Shown here one piece after another: positions 12,689 through 23,173 of a DNA stretch of 64,000 bases. Made by a program: the position numbers and the translations under genes. The stretch is from Paecilomyces variotii. Lineage: Eukaryota. The first letter of the stretch is position 1, and every line of letters starts with the position of its first letter. The stretch lies in the NCBI GenBank assembly GCA_004022145.1, contig RCNU01000002.1; one strand, given 5' to 3'. The notes beneath the pieces are model-generated. The model did no database searches and was not told the DNA's origin. It was given only the letters and a program-made list of their open reading frames with translations.

Positions 12689-14248
12689 TCAACTGCTGCT
12701 GAACTCGACTATCAGGTCTGCAATGTCCCCGGGTCTCTCTTCGACCGGGTAATGACCTGCATTGCTGAGCCAGATGCCACTTGGGGCCCAGTCGACCATG
12801 AGGTCGGCGTTGATTGTCTGGGTGAGAATATGCTTGTAGTCTTTGAGCAGTGGATCATCCTCCCCAAACACCACGACCACTCTGAACGGTGCTTCACTGC
12901 CAGCGCTACGCCGCGCTTTCATATCTCCGTTGCGCCAGAACTGTCTCACTTCGTCTCCCCGCGCCGACAGGCTCGTCTGAGCATTGAGACTGCTGAAGTG
13001 GATTGGTCCACATAGTCCCTCACCCAGTTTCCAGAGCCATGTCTCGCGGAGGGAACGAAGCACGAACTCGGGCATGCCGGGTGCTATATGTGCGAAACGG
13101 AACACCCCTGCCTTGCTGTTGAGGGGAAAATCCCTGTAGGGCGCTTCATAGCCTTCGATCTCCTTCTGGGGGAGATGTGGAGACATGAAACGCATAACTC
13201 CAGACTCGGGCAAGTAGCCATCCATGATGCCGGTAGACATAAACCAGATTGCGTATAAAAGGCCATAATGCAGGCTCATGTCACTTGGACGAGGCGGCAG
13301 GAAGGCGTTGAGCAAGAACAGACCACGGCAAGCATTTGCTCGAAGATGCGGCAGGGTACAGAGCGCGATACATCTTGTGTGTAGTGAGCATGACATTAGC
13401 AGATGAGAAGGTGGAAACGGGTATCAAAGTTGACTCACCCACCCCAGTCATGTGCAACAAGTGTAGCATCCTCAAGGCCTGTAGATTCGAACAATTCGAT
13501 CAGAGTCCTCATGTGTAACTCGAAACTGATGCACGTCTGTCGAGTAATTTTGTCACTCCTGCCGTGACCAATCCAATCTAGGGCAAAGACCTCGTGTCCT
13601 TGTTCGACCAGTTTTGGCATGACCTGTATGATCGCAATTTACCAGGGGTTTAGAAAAAAAAAATAATAATTGCTTCGTTTGTCGCTTCCCTTCCAGGAGG
13701 CCTCGCTAAGAATGGGAGATGAAACTTACATTTCGCCAAATATAACTCCAGCTGGGATTTCCATGAAGAAGCACGATCGGGCTTTTTCTCTCGTATTCGC
13801 CATGAACGCCGTTATTCTCCGGTTTTATATGGATGTACCGGGCTGTTGCACCGCAAACCGATATCTCTTCAATATTATTTGCAAACGGCATGTCACTCAA
13901 TGAGCCTTTTCCGTTTCGATGCAATCTCAATACCACATCTTCGGGGAATACATAACGGGTGTTAAATTGTGACTGAGCCTGTAACTGTTCCTGTGCTCGG
14001 TACTTCTCCGTATCATTGATCAAAAGACGACAACCGGCAACGATCATAAAGCGAAAGGTATTGATGAAAATGCATGGGACCGATCGCAATACCACTCTCG
14101 TCATATAGAGAGGAAGTAGGAGTAAGGCCACTATCAAGCGAATAATGGTAAAGGACATCATGAACCTGCTGAGGCTGCCCCAGCGCTTCAGCAGCATGTC
14201 CTCGATTGACATGAGTGACTTCGTGCATTTATTGTATTGTAGTGACAT
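12689..14248 (-). CDS. Alpha/beta hydrolase, haloalkane dehalogenase-like, with hydrophobic N-terminal extension
   Basis: LLHGNPSWSYIWR, ALDWIGHGRSDK, nucleophile elbow VAHDWGG, acid motif GEDDPLL and base motif NAGHYPVEE. Three exons joined by GT-AG introns. Confidence 0.85.
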
Positions 14249-14692
14249 TGTTGAGATGTACGATGCTAGATAACTCCGTATGCAAGAGGCGCTATGTAAC
14301 GTTTATAATAAACCGGTTCGTGGGGCGTCAGCTTTTGGTGCAAGGACACTGAGGGAGGTAAAAGTAAGGAACAAGGACGAGACAACATAGATAAATGATG
14401 AAAGGGACCCAACCAATGACCACGCGCCAATCAACTAAAAGCGACTAAATGGAAACTATCTGGCCATGTGATTGTCTCAATGTTGGGATATTAGACCGGG
14501 GGTTGTTGACATCATTATATACGTCTTGTGAATACCTAGTTGAGCCTAATAATTGAGCTACAATATTTTCTCCACTAGATGAGAAATAGGAAAACAGGGA
14601 ACAGTGGATTCGAATTCTCCCTATCTATTCTAATTTTTAATAATTATTGAAGGTCTCTCCGGAGTGAACTTTGTCCTCAAGAATGTTTCGCA

Positions 14693-15612
14693 TTAACTGG
14701 AATAACTCGGTAAGGTTATGTAGTTCTCCATGGGACGGTTGAGAGTCGTTGAAGGTAGATATTTGATCGATGGATTAATCACCCATTCCTGGTGGTGTAT
14801 CTCAGGTTTCGAAGAAGCGTCATAGGCTGGGAGTTGCAAATGATCAATCACCACTTCAGATGTCCATGGACTATTACCTTCGCCCAAAAACGAAGCCCAT
14901 TTGGTAGTCTGGGCACCAACACATTGCCGATCTTCAGCATCGAAGCGGATTCTATCATCGCTGCGCCTTGATGAGAGCGCTGGGGCAGGATTGCGATCAA
15001 ATGCAAACTTCACACATCTCGTCGCAGACTTGACTAAGCGTGAAAAAGCTGTCCCAGATACTGATTTTTGAAGGAGTTCGGGAGAATTATAATTCCTGAC
15101 AGAGACGGCGCGAGGGCTATATCTGTCTTCTGGGAATACTTGGAGCTGTGTGACTTTCGACTGGACGGGAATCCGAGATGCCTTCTTCAAAGCAGGCTTC
15201 TTGGGAAGATTCGCTGATAATGTGGTATTCCATCGTGAGTGATGAGATGGACTTCTCGGTCGTGATGGAATGCTCCTTTGCCACGGGCCATATAGCCAGG
15301 TAATATCACTGTCCTTATCCCTGGATAATAGGCATCAGCGACTAACTTACTATGCCTCTTTTCATGTCTGATGACTACTTACCAATTGATCCTCCTGGGA
15401 GACACTGTGCCTGCAGGGCAATCTTTCTTGTTCCATGCTCTCCACAGAGCATTCTCTAACCTAACTGAACTTTCCAGAGCTATACGTTTCCTTCGAATAT
15501 ACCGCCTCGTTAACCAAAGATCTTCATCTGACCATGGATGAGCCAGGTAATCAGCGTTCAGCGAGGGCTCCTCCTCCAGTACACTGTCATCCCGGATGGA
15601 AGTTGGCATCAT
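14693..15612 (-). CDS. DUF1752 (Reg1/Hex2-like) putative PP1 regulatory protein, short and diverged
   Basis: DDSVLEEEPSLNADYLAHPWSDEDLW...RLENALWRAWNK...PRRINW|DKDSDITWLYGP (intron ~15383-15320), followed by KKPALKK and candidate RVxF-type motifs RCVKF and RIRF. Confidence 0.75.
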
Positions 15613-17156
15613 TCCTTGACGTGAAGCTGAAGAACGAAACGGAAAACAAACAGGTGAAGTAACCGGCTCAGATATAACTTCTGGAAATGAGTATTAATGA
15701 CAAGAAAACGGCAGGCTTATCTTCGTCGACATCCAGGGCATATCACCAGCTTCAAGTTGGACGGCCAATGGTAAGAAGGTCGAGTGTATCCGAAGGTTTA
15801 GGGCTTTTGTCGCTGACCATACACTATAGTTGAAGCAATGATAAAAAAATAATTGATGTCAATCTCTTCCCCAGTGTGGAGCGTGCCTCTCCATGGATGC
15901 CAATATAAGCGCTTACGGTCAGACAGCAAGCCAGCGGGGAACGTCCGGAAGCATCGCAATAATGACAAGCAGCCAGACCAATTACAATAGAATCCAGGTG
16001 ACGATATCCTCATCCGGTACGAGTTAACAGGTAAGTGGGAGAAAATGCACGGGAGATAGCAGCTTATTGTGTAAAGTGACGGCCGAGGTTCCGAATCCGG
16101 TTCACGTCACCTAGGATATCAGATCCGTCAGGATCGGCGGGCCGGAAAGTGGACATTCCTCGATCGACGATGCTTGCTTCCACGAAAGTTCTCGCTTATC
16201 TAGAACTGTCGCATAATTCATGGCACTTAGGTCAATGAATCGTCCGAAAAGAGACGACGTCTTCGAATCGTTTGCTGCATTTCGAGGTCATTGATGGCGC
16301 CCACTTTTTGTCCCACGATATGAAGTGCGAGAAACCCCAAGGAGAGTCCATTTAACCCTTGCAACATACTACAGAATGTGGCGTCAGCGCTGTGCCTATT
16401 CCACTACATCAGCAAGCCAGTTAGCATTGAGAATAAACGCCGTTTCCAAGGCGCCAACAGCCGAAACATCCGCGGAACTTTTTACCGTCATCTCGAGCCC
16501 TATGGTATTATCTCTTAAGAAAAATTCAGACAAATCAAGTTGCTGCGATCAACATAGCATCCATATCATACTACCATGCTTTCGAAGTGGGGTCTATCTC
16601 CAGGGCAAAGACGTATGGAAAAACAGACGAGCCCGAACAGCCAGAGATAGTGGAATCAGATATCATAGGGAAAACTACCTGCTTCTTCTACATATCTCCA
16701 TGTAGTCTTAGGTACTTCTACATTCAAGACGTATCTATATGATAATCTTGCCGGTTGTACCGCGGACTTTCGACACCAGAAATGGATCTAGCCACCATGC
16801 ATTAGACGTCTAGTATCACCATACGGCGGATATTCCACTTACTTTCGCATTGAGACAGGTGTCAATGCGTATTTCGACAGGTTATCTGACTGCCCGACAG
16901 TGGCATGAAAGTTTCGACTTCAGCACAACACGAATTCGGTGATCCAGTGTACTAAGTGTTGTACAAGGGTAAAATCAGGCCTGGACCGCAGTCCGTTGTT
17001 CAGGTTCATGCTGATACATTGCAAGGTTCTCCATTTCCAAGCTTGTTGGATCCACAGTCGAACGGTCCAGACTAAGGAACGAAGTACTTATTACTTCTAC
17101 TACGTGATTTCCGTCAGTGGGCGAGAGTGTACATCAACAATCTTTCTACGGCCAGC

Positions 17157-18397
17157 ATGCATCAGATGGAATCGATAGTTCAATTTTCGCAGCAAGAGAC
17201 AGGAATATCGGCGGGCACTTTCCTTGAAAAGGATCGAACAAACATTCACGCTGCCGAAATCCAGCATTATGTTCCAAGTCCGCTGTCCGAAGAAGAGCCC
17301 GAAACAATAGAGAAACTCCAAACCGGATACATGCTTTCCGATCTCAGGCAAGAACCTCTGCATTTCTCGGAGTATTGCAATTACTGATCTCTTCTAGCAA
17401 TATTGACAAGCGTCATGCTAGCCCCTTTGAATTGGCGGCACATATACTCCATGCTTTAAGTGCCATTCTGAGTCTTGCGGGAACGATTGTCTTCTGTCTA
17501 TGGCCACTTACTCTGCCGTTGATGCTATTTTATATCTTCTGGATACTGAAATCGAATGATGGATGTTCCGGAAACCTCTGGCGTCGAAGCGAGAACGTCC
17601 GTCGTTCACGCATCTTGAGGGCCTTTGCATCCTACTTTCCGTGCAAGCTGCGCCGCACCACTTTGCTATCTCCAAGACGCAAATATATATTCGCGTATCA
17701 TCCCCACGGCATAATCTGTCATGGTGCTTTCGCAGCATTTGCAACCGAGGCGTTAGGCTTTTCCAAGCTATTTCCAGGAATTACCAACGCACTCCTCACA
17801 CTGGACACAAACTTCAAGGTCCCATTCTATCGGGAGTATATCCTGTCCACCGGTCTCGGAGGAGTGTCGCGCAGCTCCTGCAGGCGCTTGCTATCATCTG
17901 GCGGCCACGACGGCAACGGAGCTGGCCGTGCAATAACAATTGCGGTTGGGGGAGCGCGCGAATCCCTCCTCGCGAAGCCAGGCACAATGCGAATCATCAT
18001 TCGAGGACGCAAAGGCTTTGTGAAGCTCGCTGTAGAACAAGGGGCCGACCTCGTTCCTGTTCTCGGGTTCGGTGAGAACGACCTATATGACCAAGTCGAA
18101 GCCGATCACTATCCTTCAATCAAGCGACTGCAATCAATACTGAAGCAGTCCTTGGGGTGGACATTGCCGATATTCTACGGACGCAGTATTTTGGGTGGCG
18201 GTCGCGGCTTTTTGCCTTATCAGAAGCCCGTTAATGTAGTTGTTGGGGAGCCAGTGAACGTTGTGCGTCAAGAAGAACCTGATCCTGAGTATGTTGATCA
18301 TGTCCATCAAGTCTACATGGATGAGTTACGACGCCTGTGGGACAAATGGAAGGATATATATGCGAAGGACAGAAAGGGAGAATTGGAGTTTCTGTGA
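17157..18397 (+). CDS. dga1: Diacylglycerol O-acyltransferase type 2 (DGAT2/DAGAT family)
   Basis: YFP, YHPHG, GGARE, RKGFVKLA and LVPVLGFGENDLY motifs, plus N-terminal TM segments. The 5' exon joins in frame only through a GC-AG intron at 17348-17397. Possibly a secondary paralogue. Confidence 0.92.
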
Positions 18398-19368
18398 CTT
18401 GTGGAACGCAACGATATTGAGTGTATGAAGGAAAGCGGCAGACGCCGAGGGACATAGAACTGTTTTGTGACATTCCTATTCTAGCATGAATAAAAGTCTC
18501 GACAGATAGTATAAATGGCAGTCGATTCGTGCTTGCTATGGAGCAGTCCATTACCTCTCGGTGTACTTTCTCTTTTGTCAAGAAAGTTGTCCTATAGCCA
18601 CAAAAAAAGAAAAGAAAAAAAAACCTCCGAGGGAGATTCTCCGAATACAAGCCTAAACTGGTTTCGCAGGTGGATGACCGACACCTCAAAAAAACGGGAA
18701 GATAGATACATAGAGTGGTCAGCGATATCAGTGCAAAGGAATGGTTAGAGGATATATCCATGGAATCACCGACGGATCCATAGGCCTCGTTTCACTAAGT
18801 TTGAATCAGTTACTTCTCATGAATATCCAAGATTTCTTTTTCAGACCATATCAGATGTCGTAAATCTAAAGTGTGGACGATTATTCTACTCTAGTGCTGT
18901 GACATCACATCGCTGCTCTGTGGGCCGGGAAGTTCGGAGGATCTATCAAGTTGATGCTTGGCCAACATCCTGTTCTTGAATACACGAGAAGCTGGTTCCA
19001 GCCCCGGATCCTTATCCTCCAATCTATACCAAGTAATTAATCGGAACGTCCCAACTCTAGTAAGCAGATATGGGTACCGTGTGCATCAAATGCGAATTGG
19101 AAGCTCCCAGGTACAGCACACTCCACAAAATCACAGCTCCCACACTGGGGTTCGATCGGGTGTCTCGGGCTAGTTACTACGGTTTAGTTACATGTTCAAT
19201 AATGTGAAAGTGACATGCCTTATCGAAGGATGTGCGTTTTGCACAAATGACGTCGCCATGTTTTAAATTTTGAATAAGTATAAGAAAGCTGGCCTGGGGA
19301 ATCGATGCGCCCTACCATGGTTTCAGGCTCACAATCTCCGGTCCATTGATTCATTTCGGAACTGCAAG

Positions 19369-21196
19369 ATGGGCCTCTTAAACTATATTATATCGTTGGT
19401 CTACCAAGTGATCCAGTTTTTTGTTTCAAAGTTCTTCTCCCCTACTCCTCCAGCACCTCGGAGAAGGATCAGTAATGCGCGCCGTGTTGCTGTTATTGGC
19501 GCAGGGATTACTGGTGTTTCGTCTGCTGCACATTGTGTTGGTCATGGATTCGAGGTCACAATCTTTGAAGCAAAGGGGAGAGATCATCTGGGGGGTATCT
19601 GGAGTGTGAGTTCATCTGAAGAATTATTATAGGGATCAAGAGCTAATGGGATATCGTTTACAGCAAGTAAACCCGACATCATCTTTACAAATCCATAGCC
19701 TCATGTACCGCTTCCATCCTTCTGTGAGGTTCAAGAATGACTATCCCCACCGCGACGCCATCATCAGAGAGGTCACGGATTTGTGGAAGAGATATAGACT
19801 TGATGAGCGGACTGAGTTCGAGGTTCCGGTCCAATCTGCCTGGAAAGATGAAAAGACTGGGAGATGGATTGTCCAAGATCCTTCCTATGGCTATTTTGAC
19901 GGCGTTATCGCTGCTGTCGGTACTTGCGGAGACCCTAAAGCACCACATATACCTGGCCAAGAGAATTTTTCAGGCCAGATCTACCACTCCTCTCAACTCG
20001 CGGGTAAGGATGTGAGAGGCAAAAACGTCATTGTCGTCGGAGGTGGTTCTAGTGCTGTTGAGGCCGTTGAGTTTGCAGTACAAAATGGCGCAGCGCAGAC
20101 GACAATATTGGCTAGGGTATGTATATTATCATGACCTGTCAAATGGAGAGAACTTTCAAGCGCTGACATGTCACCATAGTCTAATAAATGGGTCATACCA
20201 CGAAACCCACTTATTGACGCTCTGCTGTCTCTTAACATTTTTGGCGAAGAAACCGAGTTTGCTTGGGTGCCCGAAATACTGTTGAAGCAATTCTTCTACC
20301 GAGATTTGGAAGACCTGATCCCCACTGGAAGAGGCCTGTACACAGATACGCCCATGGTCAACAATGACATCTTGGAAGAGGTGCGTAAAGGGAAGGTTAA
20401 GTGGCTGCGCGGTGACATCAAAGAGTTCGCGGAATCGGGACTCGTTTTCAACCATCGCGCCAAAGGTGTTCCTAAAGGCGGACCCGGAGAGGAAATTACC
20501 GTGAAGGGCGATATCTGCATCATGGCTACAGGTTTTCATAGACCCAGTCTGGGATTTCTGCCAGGTGATGCCTTCAAGGAACCTTACAAGCCGCCGAACT
20601 GGTTTCTCCAAACCTTTCCAGTTGGCCATACAGATATTTGTGCCAACAACTGCACGTACATCAATGGGATCGGCACCGTGGGCAATATTCACATAGGCCT
20701 GTATACGAGGTTGCTTTTGATATTTCTGGTGGATCCAAAGACACGTCCATCGACACCCTGGATGCGCATCTGGGTCGACTGGACGCGGATGTGCAAACGG
20801 GCTGCTCCAGGTGGCGCACTCGAGTTCTTTACCTACAGCGAACTCATATGGTGGATAATATTCAATATATTCTCGAACCCGTGGAGATGGAGATGGGTCT
20901 TCTTTGTCCTATGGGGATGGGGAAGTATCCCAGCCAATAATGCTGGAAGGGAAAATTTGATCATCAATGGCAGCACCAAATCCGGGTCCAACGGCCAAGG
21001 ATCTAAGCCTGGTAGCTCTGATAATGAGAAGCATTCCGAAACCGACAACAAGCCAACCTATTCCGCTGCTCTGGCATCGAATATGCCGAAAGGGCAACCA
21101 AGGATGAAGAATCTGAAAGAAGAGCCGCCATTCGCGGATACTCAGAGTCAGGAAGGTCGTGAAGAGAAGCAAGAAGCAGCAAAGAAAGACGCCTAA
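19369..21196 (+). CDS. Flavin-containing monooxygenase (FMO/BVMO-like)
   Basis: Two Rossmann motifs (VIGAGITG, VVGGGSSA), GGIWS, FMO-type motif FSGQIYHSSQL and ATGF. Three exons. Hydrophobic N- and C-terminal segments. Confidence 0.9.
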
Positions 21197-21595
21197 TCAC
21201 TCCGAATCCTTCTGCTCAGAAAATGCCAAAATCAGGATCTAGTCTACATCAAGGTGGTTGTCTAAGAACATACTGCCGATTGGGGCTATATCTAAAATCC
21301 CATCATCGAAGGGAACAGCAGTGGGCGATTATGGATAGCTCGAATGGGAAGGATTTTTCGGTCTGAAATGCATTGTAAAATAATTCGACAGATGAAGGCC
21401 TATATCAATGTAATGAGAGGATTTTGTGACAGTACGACGTTGTAGTCCATAGATACAACGCTCCACTGCTTCTCGTAGCATCTATTGGAGAAGTTAAGGC
21501 ACTGGAGCTCCTCTGACATGCTAAGGAGAAAACAAGACAAGTTACAGTTTTCAAAAGAAAGATCACATTAAGAATAGCAAAAAGCCCCTGCGCGT

Positions 21596-22651
21596 CTAAA
21601 CATATTGTCGTATTTCGGGCTGGATCTCGGTCCAGCGATCCATAAGTTCATCCCACAATCTCCGCTGGAGCTCAACGCCCCTCTTGCTGCAAAGGATATA
21701 TGGTGGTGCACGTATCTCCGAATCACTCAAATATTGACCGTGTGACTCTCTCCCTACACAGGCAGCATGCACTAACGTTCTGCTTCCAACCTCCGCGGTG
21801 CGCGCTAAAAGGGTCTTGATTATATAGGTAGGCGTGGGCAACTCCCGGAGAAGATTCGAGTGGCATAGTCCGGGATTGACATAATTGACCACGACTTCGT
21901 CGTGGTCTTGATGTCTCGCAAAATACTCGCGGACTATCATAGCAGCCATGACTTTACTGATATGGTACCTCCTCAACATGTAGGCTGTCCTCTTCTCTCG
22001 AAGCGCCCCCAGGATATTGGGTGCTTCCAGCTCCGTGAGTGAGGTATGGAAGATGACCTCGCTGCAGACGAACGACAAATGAGCAACGGTCCCATGATTT
22101 CGTGATGTTTTCTTCAGGCTCGGCAACAACATAAAGGCGAGGAGGAAAGTGTTGATCACATTGACAGTTATAGTGGTCTCGTCCCTATCGACTAGTCTGA
22201 AAGTCGGAGTTGCCACAGCAGCGTTACATACAACTGCATCTAATCTGTCAAGACAATTTGCCCTGTTCACAAAGTTCTTGACAGAGTCGGATGAACTAAG
22301 CTCCAGACCCCAGCACTCGACAACATCGTGGCGCCCAGTGATTGATTCAATTATCCTTCGCGCCTGCTTGCCTTTCTCGTCATCTCGTGCAGTGATGATT
22401 ACTCGCTGGGCCCCTAATCGCACGAAGTGTGTTGCTGCTTCCAATCCAATCCCTCCACTGGAACCGGTAACAACTACTGTTTTCCCAGTCCAGTAGATGA
22501 TGGGATAAGGAGGCTCGACGAATAATTGTCTGTAGAGGAACAAAAGACCAAAATAAAAACTGCTGAAGTATGAGAAGATCCAAGAAAGGAGCGTATTTGG
22601 TTCAGGACCATGCCCCAGGAACTTGGTAGACATTGTGAATGGATAGATCAT
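21596..22651 (-). CDS. Short-chain dehydrogenase/reductase (retinol-dehydrogenase-like) with N-terminal membrane anchor
   Basis: VVVTGSSGGIG, VCNAA, YHISK (YxxxK) and VNPGLC. The start is uncertain. A possible extra 5' exon at 22905-22833 would splice in frame via intron 22832-22726. Confidence 0.9.
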   Translation of the reverse strand: MIYPFTMSTKFLGHGPEPNTLLSWIFSYFSSFYFGLLFLYRQLFVEPPYPIIYWTGKTVVVTGSSGGIGLEAATHFVRLGAQRVIITARDDEKGKQARRIIESITGRHDVVECWGLELSSSDSVKNFVNRANCLDRLDAVVCNAAVATPTFRLVDRDETTITVNVINTFLLAFMLLPSLKKTSRNHGTVAHLSFVCSEVIFHTSLTELEAPNILGALREKRTAYMLRRYHISKVMAAMIVREYFARHQDHDEVVVNYVNPGLCHSNLLRELPTPTYIIKTLLARTAEVGSRTLVHAACVGRESHGQYLSDSEIRAPPYILCSKRGVELQRRLWDELMDRWTEIQPEIRQYV

Positions 22652-23173
22652 ATAAGAAATGATTTTGCCCAGGACAGACTGTCTCAAAGATGTAGACAGT
22701 TTCAAGTCGATATTCGTACCAAAGCCTGGGGGTTCAGCAATCGATGCTTTACATTTTATCGCAGCGATAGTGACTATCTACCCTTGACCCTGGCATTGGT
22801 TACTGACGAATACTATCGTGCCTATATCATACCTTCGGAAGAGCATCCGAAGTTCGAGAAAATGTTGGTTACCAACTTGGAAGGCTTCAAATATGATGTC
22901 AGCATGATCTTGTCCCGTCTGTACTTGTTTTCCTCTGGCGGGCTGAAGCAGATTCTCCAGCAAGATAATGATATTTGTCGCCATGCGTGGACAGAGCGCA
23001 CTGAGGCAAAGGCCTATAACTCCGCCAGGAACCCGCTAGGGAGTCTCCGGGACTTTCTGCATTAGACAGTAGTGTAGCTCCCTAGTGACCTTGCCTCCGA
23101 ATAATACAGTCCCTCAAGTTTAGTTTCTATTTGTTGATTCACTCATATCGCACTGTAGCTATTTCATCCGATG

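Noticed and set aside
22610-23065. 151-aa plus-strand ORF between the SDR and the oxidase
   Set aside because: No recognisable motif. It overlaps the SDR 5' region on the opposite strand.
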